A DNA stretch of 64,000 nucleotides from Candidatus Aminicenantes bacterium (GTDB taxonomy: Bacteria > Acidobacteriota > Aminicenantia > Aminicenantales > Saccharicenantaceae), in contig CAVSEQ010000005.1 in NCBI GenBank assembly GCA_963727095.1, forward strand, positions 534,952-598,951, given 5' to 3'. Position 1 is the first letter of the stretch, and every line of letters starts with the position of its first letter. The notes under the pieces were generated by a model. It searched no databases, was not told the origin of the DNA, and worked only from the letters and a program-made list of their open reading frames with translations. Position numbers and translations under genes: made by a program. Of the stretch, positions 52,768 to 63,095 are shown in pieces.

Positions 52768-54637
52768 CTTTTATCGGCGTTTCACGTGAAACGGTCTTAC
52801 TATGTGCACCTCTTTTCCGGGCGATCTCCAGATATAGACTGAGATTCGAGACCGCCGCGGGGGTTATTCCTGGGATTAGCCTGGCTTCACGAATGGTCGC
52901 TGGCTTGCGCTTTGCCAACTTTTCTACAGCTTCACGTGTCAGCCCCGGGACGTGCCCGAGGTCGAGCTCAGGCGGGATTTGCATGGAATCGGACTTTATT
53001 GCCTTGGCTATTTCCTTTTCCTGTTTCTTGATATAACCCTCGTATTTCACTTCGGATTCAATACATCTCATCTCTTCGTCATCCAAGTGCTCACGGAGTT
53101 TTTCATATTCTAGCACAGAGTTAAGGCTGTTTTCAGGCATTTTTAGAAAGTTGAACAAGGTGAGGACGTCTCCGGACTTTGTTTTTGTTCTTTTCTTCTT
53201 GAGGAAATCGATTACCTGGGAGAGCTTCGCGCGCTTCTCGAGAAAGGCAACCCAGAGGTCTTCCGAAATCAGGCCCAGATCGTAGCCGTGCTCCATAAGC
53301 CTCTGGTCCGCATTGTCGATCCTCAGCATTAGCCTGTGCTCAGCCATGGAAGTGAAAAGCCTATAGGGTTCGTCGGTTCCTTTGGTGACAAGGTCATCGA
53401 TAAGAACCCCGATATAGGCCTCGTCCCTTCGCAGGACAAAGGGATCCTTCCCCATGATTTTTAACGCGGCGTTAATTCCCGCCATCAAGCCCTGAGCGGC
53501 CGCTTCTTCGTAGCCTGAAGTTCCGTTGATTTGTCCGGCCAGATACAAAGCCTTAATGCCCTTTGTTTCCAGGGTATGGAGGAGTTCCGTCGGGGCGATT
53601 GCGTCATATTCGATTCCGTAGGCCGGCCGGAGGACTTTCGCCTCGTCCAATCCCGGTATTGTGCCGAGAATCTCCTCCTGAACCCTGAATGGCAGGCTCG
53701 AGGACAGGCCGTTGACGTAAACCTCAGCCGTTTCGATCCCTTCCGGTTCCAAAAAAAATTGGTGCCGCGCGTGCTGGGGGAACTTGACAACCTTATCCTC
53801 GATGGATGGACAGTACCTCGGGCCTACCCCGACGATCTTTCCGGTATAAAGCGGCGATTGGTCAAGGTTCTCCCTTATGACGGCATGGGTGGCGCTGTTC
53901 GTGTATCCGACATAGCAGACGACCTTGTTCGTAAGAGGTCTTTTTGTTCGGAAAGAAAATGGTACGGGCGACTCGTCACCCGGCTGAGGGGTGAAGCGGC
54001 TCCAATCGATGCTCCTGCCGTCCAGACGCATCGGGGTCCCCGTTTTCAGGCGGAGCGTTTTGAACCCGAGGCTTTTCAAGTTTTCGGCCAAGTCCAGGGA
54101 GGGCGGTTCGTTGGCCCGGCCGGCCGGATAGCTCCTGAGGCCGATATGAATGAGCCCGTTGAGGAATGTCCCGGGCGTCACAATTACGGCTCGGGCCGCC
54201 AGGCTGGTTCCCTCAAGAGTCCGGATGCCGGAGGCCCGCCCATCCTCGACGACGATCTCCGAAACGATGCCCTGGAAGAGGGTCAGGTTGGGTATTCGCT
54301 CGAGACGGTGCTTCATGGCCAATCGGTAAAGCGCCTTGTCGCACTGGGCCCTCGGGGCTTGAACCGCACCGCCCCGGCTTCGGTTGAGAAGCCGGAATTG
54401 GATGCCCGTTTCGTCGGCCAAAACCCCCATCAAGCCGCCGAGGGCGTCGATCTCCCGAACCAGATGGCCTTTGGCCAGTCCGCCGATGGCCGGGTTGCAG
54501 GACATTTGAGCGATTGTTTCCAGGTGAATCGTAGCCAGGCAGGTCCTAAGCCCCATGGCGCACGCAGCCGCCGCAGCCTCGCAGCCGGCGTGTCCGGCCC
54601 CGACCACGATGACGTCAAACCTCAAGTCGGCTTTCAT
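52760..54637 (-). CDS. mnmG: tRNA U34 modification enzyme MnmG/GidA
   Basis: [46 protein letters not shown]. Confidence 0.97.
   Translation of the reverse strand: MKADLRFDVIVVGAGHAGCEAAAAACAMGLRTCLATIHLETIAQMSCNPAIGGLAKGHLVREIDALGGLMGVLADETGIQFRLLNRSRGGAVQAPRAQCDKALYRLAMKHRLERIPNLTLFQGIVSEIVVEDGRASGIRTLEGTSLAARAVIVTPGTFLNGLIHIGLRSYPAGRANEPPSLDLAENLKSLGFKTLRLKTGTPMRLDGRSIDWSRFTPQPGDESPVPFSFRTKRPLTNKVVCYVGYTNSATHAVIRENLDQSPLYTGKIVGVGPRYCPSIEDKVVKFPQHARHQFFLEPEGIETAEVYVNGLSSSLPFRVQEEILGTIPGLDEAKVLRPAYGIEYDAIAPTELLHTLETKGIKALYLAGQINGTSGYEEAAAQGLMAGINAALKIMGKDPFVLRRDEAYIGVLIDDLVTKGTDEPYRLFTSMAEHRLMLRIDNADQRLMEHGYDLGLISEDLWVAFLEKRAKLSQVIDFLKKKRTKTKSGDVLTLFNFLKMPENSLNSVLEYEKLREHLDDEEMRCIESEVKYEGYIKKQEKEIAKAIKSDSMQIPPELDLGHVPGLTREAVEKLAKRKPATIREARLIPGITPAAVSNLSLYLEIARKRGAHSKTVSRETPIKDE
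52778..52793. promoter_or_regulatory. parS: parS centromere-like site
   Basis: Perfect palindrome CGTTTCACGTGAAACG with the GTTTCACGTGAAAC core. Confidence 0.88.
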
Positions 54638-54646
54638 CGAATTTGA

Positions 54647-56017
54647 CTACTTGCCGACGCAGAAACGGCTGAAAATGTCGGTCATGATATCTTCGGCCTT
54701 GATTTCCCCCGTCAGGCGGCCGACGAGTAGCAAGGCCCTGCGAAGCTCCTCGGCACAAAGCTCCTCGCTGTGCCCGGCGTCGAGAAACTTCTTGGCCTCA
54801 CTAAGGGAGGTCAGGATCCCAATGAGGAGATCCCTCTGGCGGGCATGAAGGATGACGTCCTCCTGGAAAGATCCCGCCGGGACAAAGGCGCGATAAATCT
54901 CCTCTCTCAGCCGGGTCACGTTTGTCCCCTTTAGCGCCGACACCTGAATCGCGGAAGTTTCTGAGGCGGGCGTTTTTAGCCCGTGGAGGTCCATTTTCAG
55001 AGGAAGATCGGATTTATTGACGACAACGATGGCTTTCTTGCCTGTAAAGCGCTTGAGAAGCCGCAAATCTTCGGGGCTCGCCCGGCGCGACCCGTCAAGG
55101 ACGATGAGCAACCCGTCGGCTCCTCGTGCGATTCGGCCGCCCTTGGCAATTCCTTCTCTTTCGACCGGGTGGCTGGGCCTGCCGAGTCCCGCCATATCGA
55201 CGATGTGAAAGACGAAATCCCGGATGATGATCTCTTCTCGCAAATAATCCCTCGTCGTCCCAGGATAGGGAGTCACAATGGCTCTGTCCTCCTCAAGAAG
55301 CGCGTTGAAGAGGGTCGATTTCCCGACATTGGTCCTGCCCACGATGGCCAGCAAAACTCCCTCCTTCATGGCCCGGCCGGTTCCATATGTGGCAACAAGA
55401 CTTTCAACATCGGAAGCGGCCGCCGCCAAGGCCCGCGCGTGCCTGGCGGCAGTAGGCCGGAGCCGTTCTTCGGGGAACTCGATTCCGGCCTCGACCTGGC
55501 CGGCAAGGTGAATGAGGCTTTTCCGGAGCCGGGCAATCCTGCGCGAGAGGCTCCCCGAGAGTTGGCGCAAAGAAACGTGGGCTTGAGTCAACGTCACGGC
55601 GCGGATGAGATCGTTGACGGCCTCGGCTTGCATAATATCGAGCCGGCCGTTGGCGAACGCTCTAAGAGTAAACTCCCCCGGATGGGCCATCCGCGCGCCG
55701 GCTTGGACACCCAGCCGAACGATTTCATCCAAGACGACCGGGCTGCCGTGACAGCTCAACTCGACCACGTCCTCCCGCGTATAGGAGTGCGGCGCCTTGA
55801 AGTATGTAAGAAAACACTCATCGATGACGCCGCCGCTCCGGGCATCGACAATGCTTCCGAGGACCAGGCGTCTCGCGGGAAGCCCGCGTCGTCTCCCGGT
55901 TTTCGCTCGAAACAGCCCCCGGGCCACGCGCAGCGCGTCACCGCCGCTCAGGCGGACAATCCCCAGGCCGCCGGTCCCCGGAGGGGTCGAAACCGCGATT
56001 ATCGTGTCCTCGAGCAT
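54647..56017 (-). CDS. mnmE: tRNA modification GTPase MnmE/TrmE
   Basis: DTIIAVSTPPG, GRTNVGKS, PGTTRD, NKSD, FCVGK. Confidence 0.96.
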   Translation of the reverse strand: MLEDTIIAVSTPPGTGGLGIVRLSGGDALRVARGLFRAKTGRRRGLPARRLVLGSIVDARSGGVIDECFLTYFKAPHSYTREDVVELSCHGSPVVLDEIVRLGVQAGARMAHPGEFTLRAFANGRLDIMQAEAVNDLIRAVTLTQAHVSLRQLSGSLSRRIARLRKSLIHLAGQVEAGIEFPEERLRPTAARHARALAAAASDVESLVATYGTGRAMKEGVLLAIVGRTNVGKSTLFNALLEEDRAIVTPYPGTTRDYLREEIIIRDFVFHIVDMAGLGRPSHPVEREGIAKGGRIARGADGLLIVLDGSRRASPEDLRLLKRFTGKKAIVVVNKSDLPLKMDLHGLKTPASETSAIQVSALKGTNVTRLREEIYRAFVPAGSFQEDVILHARQRDLLIGILTSLSEAKKFLDAGHSEELCAEELRRALLLVGRLTGEIKAEDIMTDIFSRFCVGK

Positions 56018-56244
56018 CAGTATGCCTTTCCAGCCTCACCATTGTAGAAGACCCCGCCGCATTAGTAAATAGAAGCGGCGGCGATCCAATCGAGCAGGAA
56101 GCCAATAAGCGTCCGTTGAGCCGCAGATCTAAAATCAAGGTTGCTGTTCGGGTTGCGGCGAGAAGCGCCCATTTCCCCAAAGACTCAATCCGGATAATCA
56201 ACAGGAATGGGGAATCGACTCAGGAGCAAGTTCGAAGGCTTTAT

Positions 56245-56572
56245 TCGGACATTTACCAGAATTGCGGCTCAGAGTCACTCCGCCTGAATTCTGCTGGTCG
56301 CTTCGAAGATTCCGCTCTCTGCCGTTGGAAAGCCAAGCGGGTGCGGGTGCTGAGCAGAGCGGCGATGATGCCTGCCCGTGAGCCCCCGTAGCGGAGGGGG
56401 ACTCGTCCCGTTCCAGCACGGAACGGGACGGGGGAACCGACGGGACTGGTTCCCGGGGGAGCGGCAGCGCGGGGGCCAAGGGTAGGCTCACTGCCGCTGA
56501 GCGAGGCCGGAACTCGAGCGGGTTTGACTCGCCGGGGCAAACCCGCGACCTGATGTAGGGAAATACCCCGAT
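56245..56572. repeat. Composite palindromic mosaic between jag and mnmE
   Basis: Head+hairpin unit 56257-56324 (minus); 56382-56552 closely matches 15841-15999. Confidence 0.85.
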
Positions 56573-56589
56573 CTCGACCTCAAGGCCTT

Positions 56590-57231
56590 TTACTTGGGAA
56601 CGCGAAAAACCTTGACCTTCTTCAGGAATCCGTCGCCGAGGCTCTCGGTCGTGATTCCGGGAACCTGGTTGACGGCAATATGGATAATCCGCCGTTCATA
56701 GGGATTCAAAAGGTCGAGGATTTCTTCCCGACCCGAATCGGCGACCTGTTCGGCGACCTGCAGGGCATAATCCTTGAGCTTTTTTTCTTTCCTCCGGCGG
56801 TAGAATTCGCAGTCGACTTGGACTTTCACTGTCGAGACTTTGTTCAAAACGTGCTGGAGGGCCAGGAGCAGCGTGCCGTCATTGCGGAGGAGGAGATTCT
56901 TGTCGGGGCCGTCGAAGACGAGTAAGATGATGTCGGGCCGCTTCTTGATGTGATAGGTCAGTTCCAGGGGAAAAACCGGCATAAGCTTGGCAAGGAAATT
57001 CTCGACGGCGTACTCCTCGTCTTCCTTCTTTGGCCAGGCCCGGATGACGATTTCCTTGCCTTTGATGCCGAAGAGCTTGGTCTTCTCAGTGACAATCTCG
57101 TAGTTGAAATTTTCCCGGGGAAGCTTGAGCCGGTGTTCGGCCAGGCTGATGGCCTCCTCAAGGTTCCGACCTTTGTATTCCGGCTTTTCCTCGACCGGAG
57201 TCGCGATAGGCGTCTTATCTCCGTTTTCCAT
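56590..57231 (-). CDS. jag: Jag/EloR/KhpB RNA-binding protein
   Basis: Jag_N (GRNLEEAI), KH-like region, R3H motif YERRIIH; follows yidC. Confidence 0.88.
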   Translation of the reverse strand: MENGDKTPIATPVEEKPEYKGRNLEEAISLAEHRLKLPRENFNYEIVTEKTKLFGIKGKEIVIRAWPKKEDEEYAVENFLAKLMPVFPLELTYHIKKRPDIILLVFDGPDKNLLLRNDGTLLLALQHVLNKVSTVKVQVDCEFYRRRKEKKLKDYALQVAEQVADSGREEILDLLNPYERRIIHIAVNQVPGITTESLGDGFLKKVKVFRVPK

Positions 57232-58870
57232 CAGACTCTCGCTTTTGCTTGGCCATCCATCGGTTCATGAGTGCCTGCTGGCCGATCTGGAGGACGTTCG
57301 TCGTCAGCCAGTAGAGGACCAAGCCGCTCTGGAAATTCATGAAAAATATCGTCATAACGAAGGGCATGATCAGCATCATCCGCGCCTGGGACGGGTCGGC
57401 GGATGTCGGTGTCATCTTTTGGGTGATGAACTGCGTGACTCCCATCAGGATCGGAGTCACGTAGATTGGATCCTTCATGGACAGGTCCGCGATCCACAGG
57501 ACGAACGGGGCATGCCGGAACTCGACCGAAGCCACCAGCATTCGGAAAACACCCCAAAATACGGGGAGCTGAATAAGGAGCGGCAGACAACCCCCGGCCG
57601 GATTGACGCCGTGCTCCTTGTAGAGCTTCATCATCTCTTCGTTCATCGCCCGGCGCTGGGCGATGTCGGTTTTGGCTTTCTTGTACTTTGCCCGCAGCGC
57701 TTTGACCTTGGGTTGGAGCTCGGCCATCTTGGCCATCGACTTCGTCGAGCTCCAGGTCAGAGGGAAGAATATGATTTTGATCGCGATCGTCAGAAGGATG
57801 ATGGCGACGCCCCAATTCGGGACGAGCTTATAAAAATATCTTACGACAACCAGGAGGATTTCGGCGATGCTGCCGAAAATCCCGAAGTTGATGATCCTCC
57901 GCGTCTCATGCCCGAAAGCCCGGAGGTTGTCGCTGGCTTTGGGTCCGATAAAGGCCTGCCGGGGGAGGCTGACGGCCAGAAAATAGACCGCCTTCGGTCC
58001 GGCCATTTCCTGGAGGAAAACGGCCTGGCCTTTCTGGGCCTCGGGGACGAAAATTGCGGCAAAGTAGTTTTCTTCATAGGCCGCCCAGTCCACGAAATTG
58101 AAGGCGCTCGTCTCGAGTTTGAATTTTCGCTCGTCCATCCGGAAGACCTTGCCCCCAGAATAGACGGCGGCGCCGGTGCTCGCGGTAAACCGCTGTTTCA
58201 TCTCGGCGGGAGAGGGGTTGCCGATGCCGGGTCCCCAAATCACGGAGGGAACGATGTCCTGGCCGTTCTTGGCAATCCGGATGTCGATTTCCATCTGGTA
58301 CGTGCGGGCGTCGAACCGGAACGTCTTTTCGGCGCGGATGGACTTGCCGTCGGAATACGTGAATCGGATCGTGCCGTCCTTTCCGTTCGCGAGCGTCAGA
58401 TCCTTCGGCGACGCCTCGAAAAAAGCGTCGTTTAAGGCTGTGGCGACGGCCGGGTCATCCGTCTTCACCATGAAGGGGTATCGGTTGACCTGCGCCGATT
58501 CGGCGGAGACAAGTTCATATCCCTCATTCTTGTCGTTCTGGTATTTCTTGAGCTTCCAGCTTTTGAGTGCGGCGCCCTTGTTGCTCCAAACGGCGTGGTA
58601 GAGGGGAGTGTCGACTTCAATCTTCTCATCAGCCTGAGCGGCCGTGGGTTTTCCCGCCTCGCCGGGGCCGGCCGGAGTCGCGGCGGCTTTCGTCTCAGGC
58701 TGCTGCTGCGCCGGAGGCTGAGTCGCGGGCGGCAGGATTGTCTGCGGGGCCGTCTGCGGGGAGGTCGCGGGCTGCGACTCGGGCTGGGGCTTCGATTTGA
58801 CAAAAAGAAGCTGATACCCCACGAGGACCAGGAAGGACAGAACAATCGCGGCAATCAGTCGTTTTTCCAT
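57215..58870 (-). CDS. yidC: Membrane protein insertase YidC
   Basis: NWGVAIILLT, LQPK, NPAGGCLP, GLVLYW. Confidence 0.96.
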   Translation of the reverse strand: MEKRLIAAIVLSFLVLVGYQLLFVKSKPQPESQPATSPQTAPQTILPPATQPPAQQQPETKAAATPAGPGEAGKPTAAQADEKIEVDTPLYHAVWSNKGAALKSWKLKKYQNDKNEGYELVSAESAQVNRYPFMVKTDDPAVATALNDAFFEASPKDLTLANGKDGTIRFTYSDGKSIRAEKTFRFDARTYQMEIDIRIAKNGQDIVPSVIWGPGIGNPSPAEMKQRFTASTGAAVYSGGKVFRMDERKFKLETSAFNFVDWAAYEENYFAAIFVPEAQKGQAVFLQEMAGPKAVYFLAVSLPRQAFIGPKASDNLRAFGHETRRIINFGIFGSIAEILLVVVRYFYKLVPNWGVAIILLTIAIKIIFFPLTWSSTKSMAKMAELQPKVKALRAKYKKAKTDIAQRRAMNEEMMKLYKEHGVNPAGGCLPLLIQLPVFWGVFRMLVASVEFRHAPFVLWIADLSMKDPIYVTPILMGVTQFITQKMTPTSADPSQARMMLIMPFVMTIFFMNFQSGLVLYWLTTNVLQIGQQALMNRWMAKQKRESDGKRR

Positions 58871-58882
58871 ATAAACTACCTC

Positions 58883-59092
58883 TTAAGGGACTGGGTCGAT
58901 TCCGCCTTCGTGAAAGGGATGGCATCGCAATAGACGGCGCATGCCCATGGCCGTTCCCCTGAAAAAGCCGTGCTTGGCGATGGCCTGATAGGCGTACTCG
59001 GAGCAACTCGGATAGAAGCGGCAGTGCGTGCCCAAAAGCGGAGACAGGAGCGCTTGGTAACCTCTGATCAAGAAAAGCACTGCAGTTTTCAT
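58883..59092 (-). CDS. yidD: Membrane protein insertion efficiency factor YidD
   Basis: [21 protein letters not shown]. Confidence 0.95.
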   Translation of the reverse strand: MKTAVLFLIRGYQALLSPLLGTHCRFYPSCSEYAYQAIAKHGFFRGTAMGMRRLLRCHPFHEGGIDPVP

Positions 59093-59445
59093 GATACCGT
59101 GCGTTCCCGGGCGATCGTCCGCAGCGCCTCCGCGTAACCGGCTTCGAGATCGGCCGGGCAGAGCGCCACGATCTCCTGGCGGGCGATGACGATCAGATCG
59201 GTGGGACGGGCGATGGCCGTTTTGTTCCGTCGAAAAATCTCCCTCATCCGCCTTTTGACCATGTTGCGCACGACCGCGGGGCCGACCTTACGACTGACCA
59301 CGACGGCCAGCCTGGAGAAGCCCAACTCATTGGTACGGTACACCAAAGTGAAATATCGGCCACGAAAACGGCCGCCGTTTTTATAAAGGCTTGTAAAATC
59401 CTTGGCGCTGCGGATCCGCTCGCGACGCGTCAGACGTTCATTCAT
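59089..59445 (-). CDS. rnpA: Ribonuclease P protein component
   Basis: [23 protein letters not shown]. Confidence 0.93.
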   Translation of the reverse strand: MNERLTRRERIRSAKDFTSLYKNGGRFRGRYFTLVYRTNELGFSRLAVVVSRKVGPAVVRNMVKRRMREIFRRNKTAIARPTDLIVIARQEIVALCPADLEAGYAEALRTIARERTVS

Positions 59446-59579
59446 CCGACAGAAACGCGTTTTCTGCCTTTGCGCCGTCTGCTTTTAAGGACTTCCTGGC
59501 CGCCCTTGGTTTTCATGCGAACACGGAACCCGTGCGTTTTCTTTCTTCTTCTGTTGTTCGGCTGAAACGTTCTCTTCAT
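59442..59579 (-). CDS. rpmH: 50S ribosomal protein L34 (not in the ORF track)
   Basis: Hand translation [45 protein letters not shown]. Confidence 0.97.
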   Translation of the reverse strand: MKRTFQPNNRRRKKTHGFRVRMKTKGGQEVLKSRRRKGRKRVSVG

Positions 59580-59605
59580 GACCCTAAACCGCCTTTAAAG
59601 TCAGT

Positions 59606-59634
59606 ATCTTATCCGAAGAATCCAGGCCTGTCAA
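59606..59634 (-). promoter_or_regulatory. Sigma70 promoter for the rpmH operon
   Basis: TTGACA-17 bp-TAAGAT. Confidence 0.7.
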
Positions 59635-59807
59635 GCCTTGATTGGGGAGGCCTCTATCCTGGGCACCCCCCGGCGGCTCTCCCCCGCGGCACACAACCGG
59701 GGGAGGAGGACTCCTCGTTTTCCGGACGCCGGAACGAGCACCGCTTGGGGGATTCCCGAAAACGGTCCAACTTTATAAACTCCAAGGCTTTAGCCATAAT
59801 TTAGGCG

Positions 59808-59836
59808 TTGACTCCTCTGGGGAATTCCGTTATAAT
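59808..59836 (+). promoter_or_regulatory. Sigma70 promoter for carD
   Basis: TTGACT-17 bp-TATAAT, ending 8 bp before the ATG. Confidence 0.78.
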
Positions 59837-59844
59837 GGGAGCCA

Positions 59845-60363
59845 ATGGACTCCCTGAAAATCGGCGATAAGATCATCTATCCCAACCAGGGGCTCGGCGT
59901 CATCGAAGCCATCCGCGAAGATTCCTACAACGGAGAGCACTTCAAAGTCCTGCACCTGAGGATCATCGCGAACAATACTCTGGTCCAGGTTTCGAGGGCC
60001 ACGGCCAGCGAGATCGGGATCCGAAGGCCGATTGACGAAGGCGCTATCAAGAAGATCTTTTGGTTCATGAGGAACGGCCCCGTCGATGTCACGATGGACT
60101 GGAAAGGCAGGTACAAAGAACACGTCAACCTGATGAAGTCGGGCACGCTCATGGACATGGCCATGGTCCTCAAGAGCTTGTTCTACCTCAGCCTGATCAA
60201 ACCTCTTTCCTTCCGGGAAAAGAAGATGATGGAGAAAGCCAAAGAGCTCATCGTTTCCGAAATCTCGGAATCGTCGGACCTCAAAGTCTCGACCGTCGAG
60301 CACAAGCTTTTCGACAGCCTGTCCCGCTGCTTCAGGGACGCCAAGCCGCGGGTCGCCGCCTGA
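59845..60363 (+). CDS. carD: CarD/CdnL-family RNA-polymerase-binding regulator
   Basis: IGDKIIYPNQGLGVI, IGIR, DWKGRYK, LSFREKKM..KA. Confidence 0.88.
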   Translation: MDSLKIGDKIIYPNQGLGVIEAIREDSYNGEHFKVLHLRIIANNTLVQVSRATASEIGIRRPIDEGAIKKIFWFMRNGPVDVTMDWKGRYKEHVNLMKSGTLMDMAMVLKSLFYLSLIKPLSFREKKMMEKAKELIVSEISESSDLKVSTVEHKLFDSLSRCFRDAKPRVAA

Positions 60364-60376
60364 AACGGACTTCAGG

Positions 60377-61645
60377 ATGTTGCTGCCCGCCGTAATCACA
60401 TTCCTGCTGTGCCTTCTTCTAGGGGCCTTTTTCGCTGCATCGGAAACGGCGTTCATCGGGGCGAACCCCATTTCTCTCGAGTATTACGAGAAGAAGGGAT
60501 CGAGGCGGGCCGGCCTCGTCCGCGGCATCCTCGCCCGGGTCAATGAATTCCTGGTAACGATCCTCGTCGGCAACACTTTGGTCAACGCTGCGGCCGCCTC
60601 CATCGCCACCTCCGTTTTCGTGACGCTCGTTCCCGACAAGAACAAAGCCGTCCTGCTGGCCACTCTGACCGCGACCACCTTTATTCTCATCTTCGGCGAG
60701 ATCAACCCCAAGACGTTCGCAGCCCACAACCCCGTGCGGACGGCGCTCTTCGTAAGCTACCCGATCAAAGCCCTTATGATCGTCCTCTTCCCCGTCATCA
60801 AGATCTTTTCTCTTATCACCGGCCTCCTCATGCCGTCCTCCCGCCCGAGATCGACGGGCCCGGCCCGCCATCCGAACGAAGAGGAAATTCGGCTCGCCAT
60901 CCTGTCCGGAAGCCGCGGCCTGTCGGCCCTGCGCCGAAAGATGATCTCGGGTGCGCTGGATATCAGCGCCCGCCCCGTGAAGGAGGTCATGGTGCCAAGG
61001 CCCATGGTGAAGGCGATCGAGATCGAGGCGTCCCTGGAGTCCATCGTCCGAGTGATCGGATCGGCAGGTTTCTCGCGTTATCCGGTTTTCAGGGGGCGGC
61101 TCGACAATATCGAGGGCCTCGTCAGGACGAAAGACATAATCTCTTATATAATTGATAACAAAGAGTTTAACATCAAGTCCGTTCTCCGCCCGGCCCTCTT
61201 CGTGCCCGAGCTGGCCTCGCTCGAAAACGTCCTCCTCCAAATGCAGGAGAAGGCGGTCCACATGGCCTTCATCGTCGATGAATTCGGCAACATGGAGGGC
61301 ATCGTCACGCTGGAGGACATCATCGAGGAGATCGTCGGCGAAATCCAGGATGAGCGCGAGGGCAAAGCCGAGGACATCGTTATTCACCTCGACGACGCCT
61401 CCTACCTCATCAAAGGGGCGGCGCCGGTCAAGGAGGTCAATGTCCGGCTGCCTCTGGGCATCCCGGAAAAGGGCGAGTACACGACGATGGCCGGCTTTTT
61501 CCTCTCCGAGTTCGGCCGGATCCCCCGCGAACATGATTCCCTGGAATTCACGGGACACCGCCTGACCGTCGTCCGGATGAACAAGCGCCATATCAGTCTG
61601 CTCCGCATCGATCGGACCGGAGGGAAAGGACCTGCCGTCCCATGA
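60377..61645 (+). CDS. CNNM/CorB (DUF21-CBS-CorC) membrane protein
   Basis: FFAASETA, LVGN, FGEINPK, FSRYPV, VDEFG..EGIVTLEDIIEEIVGEI. Confidence 0.92.
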   Translation: MLLPAVITFLLCLLLGAFFAASETAFIGANPISLEYYEKKGSRRAGLVRGILARVNEFLVTILVGNTLVNAAAASIATSVFVTLVPDKNKAVLLATLTATTFILIFGEINPKTFAAHNPVRTALFVSYPIKALMIVLFPVIKIFSLITGLLMPSSRPRSTGPARHPNEEEIRLAILSGSRGLSALRRKMISGALDISARPVKEVMVPRPMVKAIEIEASLESIVRVIGSAGFSRYPVFRGRLDNIEGLVRTKDIISYIIDNKEFNIKSVLRPALFVPELASLENVLLQMQEKAVHMAFIVDEFGNMEGIVTLEDIIEEIVGEIQDEREGKAEDIVIHLDDASYLIKGAAPVKEVNVRLPLGIPEKGEYTTMAGFFLSEFGRIPREHDSLEFTGHRLTVVRMNKRHISLLRIDRTGGKGPAVP

Positions 61646-62094
61646 AAACCGTCGCCCTTAACAAACATGTCTCACACGATTACCAGATCCTCGAAACGTT
61701 CGAGGCCGGGCTCGCGCTGCAGGGCAGCGAGGTCAAGGCCATCCGGGAAGGCCGGGTCAGCCTCAAAGAAAGCTACGCGGAAATCAAGAAAGGCGAGGTT
61801 TTTCTCGTCAAGTGCCATATCAGCCCGTATGAAGCAGCCAATATTTTCAACCATGAGCCTCTGCGCGACAGGAAGCTGCTGCTGCATCGCCGGGAGATCA
61901 GGCGATTGACGGGCAAGATCCAGGAGAGAGGCCTGACTCTCGTCCCGACAAAGGTCCTGATCAACGACAAAGGCAGGATCAAGGTGGAGATGGCTCTCGT
62001 TCGCGGAAAACGCGAATACGAGAAACGGGAAGCCATCAAAAAGCGGGATACGGATCGCGAAATCCGGTCCGAAATCAAGAAGCGTCTGCGCTGA
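61642..62094 (+). CDS. smpB: SsrA-binding protein
   Basis: FEAG..LQGSEVKAIR, HISPY, RKLLLH, GLTLVP. Confidence 0.96.
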   Translation: MKTVALNKHVSHDYQILETFEAGLALQGSEVKAIREGRVSLKESYAEIKKGEVFLVKCHISPYEAANIFNHEPLRDRKLLLHRREIRRLTGKIQERGLTLVPTKVLINDKGRIKVEMALVRGKREYEKREAIKKRDTDREIRSEIKKRLR

Positions 62095-62117
62095 GTGAAC
62101 CCGAGGTTGGGACGGCC

Positions 62118-63095
62118 TCAGGCCTTGCCGGAAACAAACCGAAGAGCCAGAGCCATGGCCTCCGTCATGCTTCGGGGATCGGCCAGGCCTTTGCCCGCGA
62201 TGTCGAAAGCCGTACCGTGATCGGGTGAGCTCCGGACGAACGGAAGCCCGAGGGTCACATTGACGCCCGAAGCGAAGGCTTCGAGCTTAAACGGAATCAG
62301 TCCCTGGTCGTGATAGAGAGCAATGACCAACGTGTCTTCGCGGCCGAGGGCCTTGAGAAATACGGTGTCCGGTGGATAAGGCCCGCTGACTCGGACGCCC
62401 AGACTCCGTGCCGCCTCCACCGCGGGCCGTATGTCATTTTCGTCCTCGGCGCCGAGCAGCCCCGCCTCGCCCGCGTGAGGGTTCAACCCGGCGACAAGCA
62501 GTTCGACCGGACCGCCTTCGAGTTTCTTGAGGCAGGCGTCGAGATTGCGGAAGTATGCGACGAGGACGTCCCTCGTGATCCTGGCCAGCGCCTCCTTCAG
62601 GGGCACATGATGGCTGAGAAGGGCGACCTTGAGCGCCCGCGACCAAAAGGACATGATTGCGGCGGGATAGAATTGCTCCAGGAATTCCGTGTGCCCACGC
62701 CACGGGACCCCGGCCATGTTCCAGCCGGCTTTGGAAATCGGGGCCGTGACCACGGCGTCGAGACGACCGTTCCGTGCCGAGGCGACGGCCTCTTCGAAGA
62801 ATCGGAAAGAGGCCCGGCCGTTTTCGGGGGTGGGCCGGCCGCGAACGGCGCCGGCTCCGGGAATGGGGATGTCATGGAGGAAAAGGCCGGGACGGGCCGG
62901 AACGTCGGGGAGCCACGGCTCGGAGTCCCACGCCATTCCGAGTGCGGCCGCTTCGTTCGCGATAACGCGGGCGTCGCCGAAGAGGACGTACTCCGCGGAC
63001 CCGCCGGCCGGATTGCGGGCGACCGATTTCAGGACAATCTCCGGCCCGATTCCGCCCGGATCGCCGAGCGTCACACCGATCCTGGGCGGCGTCAT
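62118..63095 (-). CDS. pdxA: 4-hydroxythreonine-4-phosphate dehydrogenase (PdxA family)
   Basis: GDPGGIGPE, GHTE, GLNPHAGE, YHDQGLIP, SPDHGTAFDIAG. Confidence 0.93.
   Translation of the reverse strand: MTPPRIGVTLGDPGGIGPEIVLKSVARNPAGGSAEYVLFGDARVIANEAAALGMAWDSEPWLPDVPARPGLFLHDIPIPGAGAVRGRPTPENGRASFRFFEEAVASARNGRLDAVVTAPISKAGWNMAGVPWRGHTEFLEQFYPAAIMSFWSRALKVALLSHHVPLKEALARITRDVLVAYFRNLDACLKKLEGGPVELLVAGLNPHAGEAGLLGAEDENDIRPAVEAARSLGVRVSGPYPPDTVFLKALGREDTLVIALYHDQGLIPFKLEAFASGVNVTLGLPFVRSSPDHGTAFDIAGKGLADPRSMTEAMALALRFVSGKA

Noticed and set aside
52928-52943. Second parS (AGCTTCACGTGTCAGC)
   Set aside because: Too many mismatches outside the TCACGTG core.
62095-62117. tmRNA next to smpB
   Set aside because: Only 23 bp separate smpB from the convergent pdxA.
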